Source of the DNA: an uncultured Bacteriovoracaceae bacterium
Lineage (GTDB): Bacteria; Bdellovibrionota; UBA1018
Direction: 5' to 3'
Length of the DNA stretch: 64,000 nt
Assembly: GCA_964536965.1 (NCBI GenBank)
Contig: CAZIAL010000002.1
Span: 72,326 to 136,325, forward strand
The position numbers were made by a program, and so were the translations under genes. How positions within the stretch are numbered: the stretch's first letter is position 1; every line of letters begins with the position of its first letter. Shown here one piece after another: positions 1-9,775 of this stretch. The notes beneath the pieces are model-generated. The model did no database searches. It saw only the letters and a list, made by a program, of their open reading frames with translations, and was not told the DNA's origin.

Positions 1-1642
1 CTGGAAAGGCGGGAGCATTTCGAAGTCGGGATCGGATCTCGAGAAGCTGCTGAAGAATCCGGACTTTTTGGCCCCTAAGGACCTGGCGCAGGCTTACTAT
101 CTTCTTTCTCAGTTCCATTCCGTAAATCAGAATTTCGAAGGTGGACTCGGCGCGGTCGAAAAGGCGCTGAAACTCGATCGGTCGAATCGCGACTACCTGC
201 TCGAGTACTACACCCTCCAGGGGCGGGCCGGAGGTTCGGTCGCGAACGCGAAGAACGAAGCTCGAATGTACCTTTTTCTCAGCTCAGGTGAATCCCTGCT
301 GAAGGAAGGAAAGACCTCCGATGCCCTCGCTCAGTTTCTACTCGCGCGAGCCGAGAATCCGAAGTCGATCGCCCCGCTCGTTAAAATCGGAGATATGTTC
401 CTGCAGCTGAATGACTTGATCAACGCGCGTCTGAACTACCAGAAAGCGGCGGAGATGGCCCCGAACTCCATCGAAGTTTGGTCGAAATACATCTCGGTGC
501 TGATTCAGAGTTACGAGTGGGACGAAGCCCAGAAGGCCATGGACAAGTTTCGAAAACTGCCGGTGAGCCAGTCTTCGATCGACAAAGCCGCAGGCGATAT
601 GTACGCGAAGCAGAGCCGTTTTCTCGAAGCGTCGACATTTTACCGAAAGGCGATGAGTCGTGAGACGATCGACCCGGATGTTTACATCGCCTACGGAAAA
701 ATTTTGCTCGCGGTAAAAAGTTACAAAGACGCCCCGTTCTTTTTCGCGCTCGCGCGACGGTTCGACCCCCTGAATCCGGAACCGGTGATCCTGACGTCGA
801 AGGCTGTCGCGGAGATCGAAGGGCTGGACGCCGGGATCCAGTACTTGCAGGACGAGCTCCAGCGAGGCTCCGTCGCCCGCGCCGAACTTTCAGCCGCGAT
901 CGCGGAACTCGAAATCAAGAAGGGTCAGTGGTCGGTTGCGCAAACCTTCATCGATCAGGCCCGCCAGGCGAATCCAGATTACGCTTATCCATGGAAGCTC
1001 CAGGCGCAGATTTTCCTGAATGATGAGAATACGGACAAGAAGGCGCTTGATCGGGCACTGGAAGCATTCAAGAGTTATTCGGATCGAAACGCCTCGGATC
1101 CTTCAGGATATCTCGAACGCTACCGGATTTTCATGAAGAAGGCGCAGTTCGAGAAAGCGGAAATCGAGCTGAACAAGATCTACGCGATTTATCCGAAATA
1201 TCCGAACCTCCACTATTATAAGGGCATCATGTACTCGAACATGGCTAACCATAAAGTGGCGGCCGAGGAGTACATCGCGGAGCTGAAGAATAACCCAAAC
1301 TCGGTCCCGACGTTGATCGCCCTCGGAAAGGCGTTGATCGAACTCGGGGATGGAAAGGGCGCCTTGACGCATCTGGCGAAAGCGATGGGAATGCAGCCCC
1401 AGAACCAAGAAGCCAAGCTCCATGCCGCGGTCGCTAACCAGAAGATGAAGAATTATCCCGGCGCGATCGCCCTATTCCAGACCGCAATCAGCCTCGATCC
1501 AGGGAATCCCCTCCTCTATAAACGGATGGGTGAATGTTACCGGGACATGGGCGACATGATTTCGGCTCGAACAGCTTTCCAAAAGTACCTCCAGATGGAA
1601 CCCGACGCCTCGGACAAGGCAGAGATCGAGCGATATCTCTAG
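1..1642 (+). CDS. TPR-repeat protein, N-terminus outside window
   Basis: ORF track 68..1642. The same frame stays open back to nt 2, so the 5' end is truncated by the window edge. Recurrent helical-pair signatures (ALAQFLLARAENP, ARLNYQKAAEMAPN, AEEYIAELKNNPN, ARTAFQKYLQMEPD) are typical of TPR repeats. Confidence 0.7.
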   Translation, partial: WKGGSISKSGSDLEKLLKNPDFLAPKDLAQAYYLLSQFHSVNQNFEGGLGAVEKALKLDRSNRDYLLEYYTLQGRAGGSVANAKNEARMYLFLSSGESLLKEGKTSDALAQFLLARAENPKSIAPLVKIGDMFLQLNDLINARLNYQKAAEMAPNSIEVWSKYISVLIQSYEWDEAQKAMDKFRKLPVSQSSIDKAAGDMYAKQSRFLEASTFYRKAMSRETIDPDVYIAYGKILLAVKSYKDAPFFFALARRFDPLNPEPVILTSKAVAEIEGLDAGIQYLQDELQRGSVARAELSAAIAELEIKKGQWSVAQTFIDQARQANPDYAYPWKLQAQIFLNDENTDKKALDRALEAFKSYSDRNASDPSGYLERYRIFMKKAQFEKAEIELNKIYAIYPKYPNLHYYKGIMYSNMANHKVAAEEYIAELKNNPNSVPTLIALGKALIELGDGKGALTHLAKAMGMQPQNQEAKLHAAVANQKMKNYPGAIALFQTAISLDPGNPLLYKRMGECYRDMGDMISARTAFQKYLQMEPDASDKAEIERYL

Positions 1643-1685
1643 AGTCTCGCTACCTCTCGAACCCTCTTTTTGCTAAACTCGGGTC

Positions 1686-3029
1686 ATGCTGGATCCTCGC
1701 TATTTTCTCGAACAGATCGAAACCCTCGAAAAGGGCCTCGCCAAAAAGCATTTTCCGGCGGAGGAAATTTCCCAGATCGTGGAGCATTCGAAGCGCCGCA
1801 AGGAGCTCATCCAGGAAACCGAAGCGCTAAAGGCGAAACGAAACGCCGGAAGCCAACAGGTTGGTCAGCTCAAGGGGAAAGCGAAAACCGATCCGAAAGC
1901 GGGCGAAGAAGCGGATCGCCTCATGGCCGAGATGCGTTCCCTGGGTGACCGGGTGAAGATCCTCGACGAGGAACTGAAGACGGTTCAAGACAAGCTGGAC
2001 GATATGAGTCTTCGACTCCCTAACCTCCCGCACGATTCCGTTCCCGCGGGAAAGGGAGCGGAGGAAAACCAGGAGGTCCGTCGCTGGGGCGAACCGAAGA
2101 AGCATCCATTTCCGGCGAAGGATCACGTCGCGATCGGCGAGGCGCTTGGCATCATTGATTTCGAGCGAGCCTCGAAGATTTCGGGTGCGCGGTTCGCGAT
2201 CTATCGCGGAGCAGGCGCGCGGCTCGAACGCGCGCTGATCCAGTTTATGCTCGACTTGCATACTGCGGAGCATGGTTACGAAGAAATCATTCCTCCATTC
2301 CTCGTTTCGAGGAAAGCCCTCACCGGTACCGGCCAGCTTCCGAAGTTCGAGGAAGATCTTTTCAAGACCTCAGTCGGCGAGCGCGAACTTTTCCTGATTC
2401 CGACTTCCGAGGTCCCCCTTACGAACATCGTTTCGGACGAAATCATCGACGGCGCGAAGCTCCCCCTTTACTTTACGGCCTATTCTCCCTGTTTTCGCAG
2501 CGAGGCGGGTTCGTACGGAAAGGACGTGCGTGGGCTTGTTCGTCAGCATCAGTTCCAGAAAGTCGAGCTCGTGAAGATCGTCGACGAGCAAACATCGTTC
2601 GACGAGCTCGAGAAGATGACGAAGAATGCCGAAAAAGTCCTGGAGCTGCTCGGACTTCCGTACCGAACCATGCTTCTCTGCGGCGGCGATATGGGATTCG
2701 GCGCGACCAAGACCTACGATCTCGAGGTATGGCTTCCGGCCCAGGATACCTATCGCGAGATATCCTCCTGTTCGAACTGTGGAGATTTCCAGGCCCGTCG
2801 CGCGCAGATTCGTTACCGAAGCGATGCGGGCGCGAAACCAAGATTTGCGCATACGCTGAACGGCTCGGGCTTGGCGGTCGGCCGCACCTTTGTCGCGTTG
2901 CTCGAAAACGGTCAGAACGAAAAAGCGGAAATACGAATTCCCGAAGTGCTCCATCCGTATCTAGCAAAGGCACCTGGATTCGAACGACGTGGAAATGAAC
3001 TTTGGATGGTCGCGGGGAAGCCCCTGTGA
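1686..3029 (+). CDS. serS: seryl-tRNA synthetase
   Basis: 447 aa. N-terminal coiled-coil arm (MLDPRYF...LKAKRN), class II core motifs ([32 protein letters not shown]). ATG at 1686. Confidence 0.95.
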   Translation: MLDPRYFLEQIETLEKGLAKKHFPAEEISQIVEHSKRRKELIQETEALKAKRNAGSQQVGQLKGKAKTDPKAGEEADRLMAEMRSLGDRVKILDEELKTVQDKLDDMSLRLPNLPHDSVPAGKGAEENQEVRRWGEPKKHPFPAKDHVAIGEALGIIDFERASKISGARFAIYRGAGARLERALIQFMLDLHTAEHGYEEIIPPFLVSRKALTGTGQLPKFEEDLFKTSVGERELFLIPTSEVPLTNIVSDEIIDGAKLPLYFTAYSPCFRSEAGSYGKDVRGLVRQHQFQKVELVKIVDEQTSFDELEKMTKNAEKVLELLGLPYRTMLLCGGDMGFGATKTYDLEVWLPAQDTYREISSCSNCGDFQARRAQIRYRSDAGAKPRFAHTLNGSGLAVGRTFVALLENGQNEKAEIRIPEVLHPYLAKAPGFERRGNELWMVAGKPL

Positions 3030-3038
3030 CCTCGATGC

Positions 3039-3128
3039 GGAGAGATGGCCGAGCGGTTTAAGGCACTGGTTTTGAAAACCAGCGATGGAGAAATCCATCC
3101 GTGAGTTCGAATCTCACTCTCTCCGCCA
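3039..3128 (+). tRNA. tRNA-Ser (anticodon UGA), CCA encoded
   Basis: Manual cloverleaf: acceptor GGAGAGA/TCTCTCC, anticodon stem CTGGT/ACCAG with loop TT-TGA-AA, long variable arm GATGGA-GAAA-TCCATC, T-arm GTGAG-TTCGAAT-CTCAC, discriminator G plus CCA. Confidence 0.95.
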
Positions 3129-3258
3129 CCTAAAATCAGAAGTTTCTGCGGAACCTCTCCCATCCCTTTCAAATTCTCGATAGAGGGTTCGCGGGCATCC
3201 TGCAGTCAACCGTATGACGGTCCTCGTGATTTCACCTTCTTTGTTTAATTTCCGATAG

Positions 3259-3567
3259 GTGAAGATGGGGCCATGGCTCGTCCGGCTTTTGTCGCTAGTT
3301 TTGATCCTCGCGAATGCGATGGTCCAGACCGATCGCGCGGAAGCGGGGTGGTGGTCCTGTAAGGGTTTAACCCGGGCGAGCTTGGGGCACCCTCCCCAAA
3401 AATCGTCCGTGGATGAGGTCGAGAGAAGATTGGCCAGTCTTCGCGATGTCACGAAGGTCACGGAGATCATTCGAGCGGATGGCCCCGCTCGACTCACGGT
3501 CGCTCCCGGGAGCCACCTTGGAATTTATCAAGCGGCGCTGAGGAAACTTCGAAAAAATGTTGCCTAG
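3259..3567 (+). CDS. small hypothetical secreted protein
   Basis: 102-aa ORF with a signal-peptide-like N-terminus (LVRLLSLVLILANAMVQTDRAEA). No recognisable domain. Start is GTG 3259 or ATG 3265. Confidence 0.4.
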   Translation: MKMGPWLVRLLSLVLILANAMVQTDRAEAGWWSCKGLTRASLGHPPQKSSVDEVERRLASLRDVTKVTEIIRADGPARLTVAPGSHLGIYQAALRKLRKNVA

Positions 3568-3606
3568 AAGGTCTCGCTCAGAAAAATCGATACCGTTCTC
3601 TATCCG

Positions 3607-4212
3607 ATGTCCGGGCACGACGCCCAGTTTCCATTTTTGCTGGTTCCCGAAGTTAAGCTTGTCATCGCGCTAGATCAGCTCGACTTCGTTCCGCCCGACG
3701 CGACCCTGCTCAAGCCTGTTTTACCGGAGGAGCAGAGAGGGTGGTTGGGCGCGCCCGAAGTGATGGGGGTGGGCGAAAAGGTCCTAGCCAACATATTGAA
3801 CGCCTTTCCGGGCGCGACGATAACGAAAATCGAAAAAATCATTCATCTCGACGGCCGGGTCAGCGGTTACGTTCGATTCGTGGACGGGAAGGGTGCGGAG
3901 AGGGGCTACCTCCATATCAGCTCCGAGATCGAGGACGGAAAGAGACTCCAAGATTATTGGTGGGCATCTCTCGTCCCCACGGATCGCTTCGCGCTCGCGG
4001 TAAAGGCATCCATGGGGCTCTGGCATAAGTCGGTGATGGAAGACATCGCAGCGCGAATGGCCCACGGAGAGGGGACCCTTGTTTTAGGTCCAACCATGGA
4101 ACTAAAGAAAATTCAGAAGTTGGGCCGGATGAAGTGGATCAATATCTCGAACTCCGGCCAAAATCCGCTTTACGGAGATTTGCGAGATTTTTCGGCTGGG
4201 ATTCAACCTTAG
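3607..4212 (+). CDS. hypothetical protein
   Basis: 201-aa ORF with ATG start and non-biased composition. No motif recognised. Confidence 0.45.
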   Translation: MSGHDAQFPFLLVPEVKLVIALDQLDFVPPDATLLKPVLPEEQRGWLGAPEVMGVGEKVLANILNAFPGATITKIEKIIHLDGRVSGYVRFVDGKGAERGYLHISSEIEDGKRLQDYWWASLVPTDRFALAVKASMGLWHKSVMEDIAARMAHGEGTLVLGPTMELKKIQKLGRMKWINISNSGQNPLYGDLRDFSAGIQP

Positions 4213-4226
4213 TTCACCACGTCGAA

Positions 4227-4535
4227 TCAGGCGTCTCGAGATTCCGCCTGAGCCGCCGTTTCTAGGATGGGTCCGTTGATCCTTCGAATCTCTTCGAGAT
4301 AGGCTTCGAGAATTTGCCTTTCCATCTGTGCTCGGGTCGACTGATTCAGTGGATGGGCGACGTCTTTATAGGTGCCATCCTTTCTCTTCCGGCTCGGCAT
4401 CGCGACGAAAAGGCCGGCTCCCCCCGAAATGATTTTTAGATCGCGCACGACAAAACAGTCATCGAGCACGATCGTGATGTACGCTTTCAGTTTCTCCTCA
4501 TTGACCGGAAAAACCTTAATTTCGGTGATTTCCAT
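4227..4535 (-). CDS. spoVG: SpoVG family protein
   Basis: 102 aa. MEITEIKVFPV...LKAYITIVLDDCFVVRDLKII...GLFVAMPSRK..DGTYKDVAHPLN is the characteristic SpoVG sequence. Confidence 0.9.
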   Translation of the reverse strand: MEITEIKVFPVNEEKLKAYITIVLDDCFVVRDLKIISGGAGLFVAMPSRKRKDGTYKDVAHPLNQSTRAQMERQILEAYLEEIRRINGPILETAAQAESRDA

Positions 4536-4601
4536 AGGCCCTACCTAGCGCCAGTCTAGGAGGAAAGAATCTGGAATTCAACTCACCGAAGGTTAGCGAA
4601 T

Positions 4602-7184
4602 TCACGCATGAGCGGGTTTGAAATCGAACTCCGTTCCGTCGTAACCGACGCGAATTTTCGATCCCGCAGGGAACTTCCCTTCGAGTAAACCGACGGCGAG
4701 CGGATTCTGGATTTCACGCTGGAAGACCCGTTTCATGGGCCGCGCACCGAAATCCCGATCATAACCCTTCTCCGTGAGCGCGGCGAGAGCCTCGGGTGTG
4801 AATTCCAGTGCGACCGAGCGTTCCTTCAGCCACTGATTCAGTTTGCGAGCGTGACCCTCGATGATTTTTGCGATTTGCGATTTTTCCAAGTGATCGAATA
4901 TGACGACCTCGTCGATACGGTTCAGAAATTCGGGACGGAAATGGGATCGCAAGAGCGCGAGAATTCCAGTTTCACGCTTCGAAGCGTCCTTTTCTTCGAG
5001 AATGAGATGGCTTCCGAGATTCGACGTCATGATGATGACCGCGTTCGTGAAATCCACCGTGCGGCCCTGACCGTCGGTCGCCCGACCGTCGTCCAAAATC
5101 TGGAGGAATACGTTGAAAACATCCGGATGGGCTTTTTCGATTTCGTCGAAAAGAATGACGCTGTAGGGACGGCGTCGGACGGCTTCGGTCAGACTGCCCC
5201 CTTCTTCATAGCCGACGTAGCCGGGAGGGGCTCCGAGAAGGCGTGAAACCGAGTGTTTCTCCATATACTCAGACATATCGATGCGCACCATTGCGTTCTC
5301 GTCATCGAAGAGAAATTCGGCGAGTGCCTTGGCGGTTTCGGTCTTCCCCACCCCCGTGGGTCCCAGAAAGATAAAGGACCCGATCGGACGGTTTTTCTCC
5401 TGAAGGCCCATGCGGGAACGTCGGACGGCGTTCGAAATGGCCTGGATGGCCTGGATCTGTCCGACGACGCGGTCGCCGATTCGATCTTCCATCTTCAGAA
5501 GCTTCTGTTGTTCGGCCTCCATCATTTTAGAGACGGGGATCCCGGTCCACTTCGCCACGACTTCGGCGATATCATTCTCCGAAACTTCCTGACGGAGCAG
5601 GCTGTCGCTCTGACCATTTCCCTCCGAAGCCGTGAGTTCATCGAGCTCTTTCTGGAGGCCCAGCAGTTTTCCATAGCGAAGTTCGGCGGCTTTTTCGAGA
5701 TTTCCGCTCCGCTCCGCGGCCTCGGAATCGAGACGAATCCGTTCGATCTGTTCCTTCAGCCCCTTGAGTTTGCCGACCTCTTTTTTCTCGTTTTCCCAGC
5801 GTGCTTTCAGGGCCGTGCTATTTTCTTTCAGCCCCGCAAGTTCGCGGTTGATGATTTCGAGCCGTTCTTGCGATGCGCGATCCGTTTCTTTTTTTAAAGC
5901 CTGCTTCTCCACCTCGAGTCGAAGAATCGTGCGTTCGAGCTGGTCTACCGCTTCCGGTCGCGACTCGATCTGCATCCGGATGCGGGCGGCCGCCTCGTCG
6001 ACGAGGTCGATGGCTTTATCCGGGAGGAAACGATCGGTGATGTATCGATTCGAAAGTCTCGCGGCGGCGACCAGAGCCGCATCCCGGATTCGAACCCCAT
6101 GGTGCACCTCGTACCGTTCGCGAAGGCCGCGAAGAATGGAAATGGTATCTTCCACGGTCGGTTCTTTGACGAACACGGGCTGGAACCGGCGTTCCAGTGC
6201 CGCATCTTTTTCGATATGTTTTCGATATTCGTCGAGCGTCGTGGCGCCTACGCAGTGGACCTCTCCCCGCGCCAGCGCGGGTTTCAGTAGATTGGACGCG
6301 TCCATGGCGCCTTCGCTCGCTCCCGCCCCCACGAGAGTGTGGAGTTCGTCGATGAAGAGGATGACCTCGCCCTCGGATTCCTTCACTTCCTTTAAAAGAG
6401 TCTTCAGACGTTCTTCGAATTCGCCGCGAAACTTCGCGCCGGCGATCAGCGCGCCCATATCCAGGGAGAGGAGGCGGCGCTGTTTCAGGGATTCGGGGAC
6501 GTCTCCGTTGGTGATCCGGAGAGCGAGGCCTTCCGCGATCGCCGTCTTTCCCACTCCGGGCTCGCCGATTAGGACGGGATTGTTTTTCGTTCGCCGGGAA
6601 AGGACCTGGACCACGCGACGAATTTCTTCATCGCGTCCGATGACTGGGTCGAGTTTTTGGTTTTTCGCCAACTCAGTCAGATCGCGGCAGTATTTTCCGA
6701 GCGCGCTCGTCAGGGTGTCCGAGCTTTGTGAATCGGTCTTCTTCCCTTTGCGGGTTTTCTCCAGTGCGGAATCCAGTCCCTTTCGGGTTAGGCCCGAGGC
6801 ATGGAGCGCTTTTTGGGCATCGGTTCCTTCGAGTTTATTCGAGAGGAGGGAAAGGAGAAGGTGTTCCGGGGCGACGTATGTATCACCCAGACGCTTTGCC
6901 TCGTCTTCGGCTTGCACCATCAGTCGGCTAAAATGCCCGGATGGATAGAGATTGCCGCTTCCTCCGCGCACCTGGGGAATGCGGCTTAGGAGTTCTTCGG
7001 ACTTTTTCCCCAGCGCGGTCGGGTTTCCGCCCGCGAGTTCGACAACCGACGAAACGGGAGAGTTTTCCGCAAAGAGGGCGAAGAGAAGGTGCTCAGGACG
7101 GAGTTCCTGGTGATCCCTCCGGAGTGCCTCGCTCTGGGCGGCCTGCATTAAGGTCTGGGTGGTCTCGGTGAATCTCTCATTCAT
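4602..7184 (-). CDS. clpB: ATP-dependent chaperone/disaggregase ClpB
   Basis: 860 aa. Clp N-domain, two AAA+ modules ([19 protein letters not shown]), long middle coiled-coil region. Confidence 0.97.
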   Translation of the reverse strand: MNERFTETTQTLMQAAQSEALRRDHQELRPEHLLFALFAENSPVSSVVELAGGNPTALGKKSEELLSRIPQVRGGSGNLYPSGHFSRLMVQAEDEAKRLGDTYVAPEHLLLSLLSNKLEGTDAQKALHASGLTRKGLDSALEKTRKGKKTDSQSSDTLTSALGKYCRDLTELAKNQKLDPVIGRDEEIRRVVQVLSRRTKNNPVLIGEPGVGKTAIAEGLALRITNGDVPESLKQRRLLSLDMGALIAGAKFRGEFEERLKTLLKEVKESEGEVILFIDELHTLVGAGASEGAMDASNLLKPALARGEVHCVGATTLDEYRKHIEKDAALERRFQPVFVKEPTVEDTISILRGLRERYEVHHGVRIRDAALVAAARLSNRYITDRFLPDKAIDLVDEAAARIRMQIESRPEAVDQLERTILRLEVEKQALKKETDRASQERLEIINRELAGLKENSTALKARWENEKKEVGKLKGLKEQIERIRLDSEAAERSGNLEKAAELRYGKLLGLQKELDELTASEGNGQSDSLLRQEVSENDIAEVVAKWTGIPVSKMMEAEQQKLLKMEDRIGDRVVGQIQAIQAISNAVRRSRMGLQEKNRPIGSFIFLGPTGVGKTETAKALAEFLFDDENAMVRIDMSEYMEKHSVSRLLGAPPGYVGYEEGGSLTEAVRRRPYSVILFDEIEKAHPDVFNVFLQILDDGRATDGQGRTVDFTNAVIIMTSNLGSHLILEEKDASKRETGILALLRSHFRPEFLNRIDEVVIFDHLEKSQIAKIIEGHARKLNQWLKERSVALEFTPEALAALTEKGYDRDFGARPMKRVFQREIQNPLAVGLLEGKFPAGSKIRVGYDGTEFDFKPAHA

Positions 7185-7202
7185 AGGGTCTTACCTCATT
7201 AT

Positions 7203-7233
7203 TAAAGGTGGCCCCGAAACACGCCCGGTCAAG
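7203..7233 (-). promoter_or_regulatory. candidate sigma32-type heat-shock promoter upstream of clpB
   Basis: The minus strand reads CTTGAC-16 nt-CCACCTTTA. This resembles the E. coli sigma32 consensus CTTGAA-N13-17-CCCCATNTA and ends 19 nt upstream of the clpB ATG. Weak pattern match only. Confidence 0.25.
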
Positions 7234-7271
7234 CGCGCTTAAAAACGAAAGTTCGGACGCGAGAAAGCCAA

Positions 7272-8714
7272 TTATTTCAGGTCGAGAATGACGACCTGGA
7301 AGGACTCCTGCCCCATTTCATCGACGCGTAATACGCGCAAAAGGTAGGATTTCTTCGCTTTCAGGGCCCGGTAGAAGTCTTCGGGGGCCTTGACGACCTT
7401 CCGGTCGATCTCCACGATGACATCCCCCCTCATGAGTCCCGCTTTATCCGCGGGGCTTTCGAACCGAATATCGGAGATCACGACGCCCTGGGTTTTCGGT
7501 TGGACACCGATCTCCTTTGCGGTTTCAGGCGTGAGTTCCTCGACCTCCGCGCCGGAGAGAGTTCGCCCCGGCTGCTCGGTCGGCGCGGCTTTCGGGCGTC
7601 GACGATCATCCGGTCGAGCATTTGGGCGAAGGCCAACCCGGACCAAAAGGGGGACTTCCTTTCCGGCTCGAAGGACTTTTACCTTGGCGGCCTCTCCCAC
7701 GGTCACGCCCGTAACGGCCACGATGAGCTCGTTCGCCGAGCGAATTCGCTTCGAGTTGAATTCCGTGATGATATCGTAGGGACGAATGCCGCTCTTCTCC
7801 GCGGGTTCGCCAGGATAGACGTGCGCGACGAAACAGCCGCGAGCGTCCTTGGGGGCATCGATGCGATTCGCGATTTCCGGGGTCAGATCGTTTACCTGGA
7901 TGCCGATATACCCCCGCGCTACCGTGCCTTTCGATTTCAGCTGGGGAAGAACGGCGTTGGCGAGGTTGATCGGAATGGCGAAGCCGATCCCCTGGGCTCG
8001 CGCGTCGATCGCGTTGTTGATACCGATGACCTCCCCTTTCAGGTTAACCAGCGGACCGCCGGAATTTCCCGGATTAATCGGGGCGTCGGTCTGGATATAA
8101 CTCGCGAGCGCGAAGTCCGGCGAGCGACGCCCCTTTGCAGAGATGATCCCATGGGTGACCGAATGTCCCTGACCGAAGGGATTGCCGACGGCCATGACAT
8201 ATTCCCCGACTTCGAGGGCGTCGGAATCCCCAAGTTTCACGGGTTCCAGTTTCCGCTTTGTTTCCACCTTGATCAGGGCCAAGTCGAGGTCGGGATCGCG
8301 TCCGACGACCTTCGCATCGGTCGGCTTTTCGTCAAAATCCTCGGTGAAAAGAATCTTGATCTCATCGGCATCTGCCACGACGTGGTTGTTCGTCAGAATC
8401 AGCCCGTTCGCGTCGATGATAAAACCCGTCCCGAGCGCGGTTCCTTCCGGCATCATGCCGCCGTCTTCTTCTTCGGGAGGGGGCATCCGTCGGCCGCCCT
8501 GGCCGTTACGAAAAAAGTCCTCGAAGAATTTTCGGAACATTTCGTCTGGAGCCCCGCGCCCATATCCGCGCCGGCCCTTCGACACCGTCTGAATGTTCAC
8601 GACGGAGGGCACGACTTTCTTCGCTAGTTTCACGAAGATGTTCGGATCGAGATCCGCGGCTCCCGCCGATAAGGACGAGAGCGCGACGAGTATCATTGCG
8701 AAAATGCGATTCAT
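7272..8714 (-). CDS. htrA: periplasmic serine endoprotease HtrA/DegP family (two PDZ domains)
   Basis: Signal peptide MNRIFAMILVALSSLSAGAA. Catalytic triad contexts TNNHVV, DLALIKV, GNSGGPLVN. Two PDZ-like segments. ATG at 8714 is preferred over the ORF-track start at 8729. Confidence 0.93.
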   Translation of the reverse strand: MNRIFAMILVALSSLSAGAADLDPNIFVKLAKKVVPSVVNIQTVSKGRRGYGRGAPDEMFRKFFEDFFRNGQGGRRMPPPEEEDGGMMPEGTALGTGFIIDANGLILTNNHVVADADEIKILFTEDFDEKPTDAKVVGRDPDLDLALIKVETKRKLEPVKLGDSDALEVGEYVMAVGNPFGQGHSVTHGIISAKGRRSPDFALASYIQTDAPINPGNSGGPLVNLKGEVIGINNAIDARAQGIGFAIPINLANAVLPQLKSKGTVARGYIGIQVNDLTPEIANRIDAPKDARGCFVAHVYPGEPAEKSGIRPYDIITEFNSKRIRSANELIVAVTGVTVGEAAKVKVLRAGKEVPLLVRVGLRPNARPDDRRRPKAAPTEQPGRTLSGAEVEELTPETAKEIGVQPKTQGVVISDIRFESPADKAGLMRGDVIVEIDRKVVKAPEDFYRALKAKKSYLLRVLRVDEMGQESFQVVILDLK

Positions 8715-8761
8715 AGAAACTCCGGGCAAGAAGCGTTCAACCAGATGAGTGCAGCGTGACC

Positions 8762-9016
8762 TTAAGTGGCGGACTTCGGGGCCGTCTTCGCCTTTTCGAC
8801 GAACTGGAGGCGGAGCTCGAAAAGGAGACGCGCAATAAGCTGGTCTTCTTCGTGAGTTCGATTCCCCTTGGTTTTTTCCTGCATCAGTTCCAGAAGGTCG
8901 ATGTTTTGTTTCGCGAGCGGTAAGTTTTCGTCCAGACCCATATAGGCGGCGGAAGCGATCGAAAGAAAAAATGTCGTTAAATCGATCTTATCTGGAGCCG
9001 AATTCGAAGAACTCAT
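8762..9016 (-). CDS. DUF1844-like small protein
   Basis: The internal ATG at 9016 gives 84 aa (MSSSNSAPDKIDLTTFFLSIASAAYMGLDENLPLAKQNIDLLELMQEKTKGN...), matching my recollection of the DUF1844 pattern. This ATG overlaps the stop of the upstream gene (ATGA). The longer ORF-track version is Arg-rich and overlaps that gene. Confidence 0.65.
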   Translation of the reverse strand: MSSSNSAPDKIDLTTFFLSIASAAYMGLDENLPLAKQNIDLLELMQEKTKGNRTHEEDQLIARLLFELRLQFVEKAKTAPKSAT

Positions 9017-9756
9017 GCTCTTAGATTTACTCCCGACGAAGGCCGGAGACAAGGGCGGCCGAGGGTAATAAACGCATCGGGCCAAGGAGCGACGGCCGAA
9101 TGGCTGGACAGTGCGGCGGGTAGACGCGGAACGCAACGTCTCGATTCCGCCTCGAGCTTTCGCAGAATTTCCTCTGGCAGCCAGGTGACGGTCGCCGAGC
9201 GACGTAGATAGAAGCATTCCATCACGAGGACGAGCGAGGTCCAGAATGCGGCACGCGCGGATTCACGGATATGGATGGATTTTGTCCGTTTCTCACGAAA
9301 GAAAAGAATATCGCGGAAACCGGACGGAATTTTTGAAGTCAGGCGAATGACCATGGAAGTGAGAAACGTCTCGAACCGCAACCCTCCTCCTCGCGTCGCC
9401 GTTCGCATTCCCTTGAGAAGCGTAACGATCTCTTCGGGTGCGAGGAGTGAAAGGGCTCCCCGCGTGATCCAGAGAGTCGGCTGGACCGCGAAGAACGCTT
9501 GGGTCGCGAAGACATGGCTCGAAGGATCTTCGATCGCCAAAATGGTGTCCCCGCCGATTTCAATCGTCGATGGTTTCAGAATTTTCCTCATCCGGGCGTC
9601 CGCACGGGTCGCCTCTAGGAAGAGGAAGCCGCACCCGACGGCCAGTGCGGCCAAGGCGAACTCCCGTCCGCCGAAAATGTACGCGACGGCCCCGGGCAGG
9701 ACGGAGACGAAGAGAATCAGAAACAGCGTCCGGAGGAGGACTGAAAGTAACGTCAC
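9013..9756 (-). CDS. hypothetical membrane protein
   Basis: 247 aa with two N-terminal hydrophobic helices (LLRTLFLILFVSVLPGAVAYIF, ALAALAVGCGFLFL). No catalytic motif recognised. Lies 19 nt downstream of pilT. Confidence 0.5.
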   Translation of the reverse strand: MTLLSVLLRTLFLILFVSVLPGAVAYIFGGREFALAALAVGCGFLFLEATRADARMRKILKPSTIEIGGDTILAIEDPSSHVFATQAFFAVQPTLWITRGALSLLAPEEIVTLLKGMRTATRGGGLRFETFLTSMVIRLTSKIPSGFRDILFFREKRTKSIHIRESARAAFWTSLVLVMECFYLRRSATVTWLPEEILRKLEAESRRCVPRLPAALSSHSAVAPWPDAFITLGRPCLRPSSGVNLRA

Positions 9757-9775
9757 TGACCTAGCTTAACGAAGA

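Noticed and set aside
5764-6948. 394-aa plus-strand ORF antisense to clpB, with similar ones at 5253..5897 and 4851..5246
   Set aside because: It lies entirely inside the strongly supported clpB gene on the opposite strand. The Ser/Arg/Ala-rich, low-complexity translation is typical of antisense frames in GC-rich DNA.
7500-8627. 375-aa plus-strand ORF antisense to htrA
   Set aside because: Same reasoning: Arg/Gly/Asp-rich, no motifs, and fully overlapped by a gene with an intact catalytic triad.
8762-9217. Long (151-aa) version of the DUF1844-like ORF
   Set aside because: The N-terminal 67 residues are Arg-rich and overlap the upstream membrane-protein gene. The internal ATG at 9016 forms an ATGA junction with that gene and starts exactly at the conserved region.
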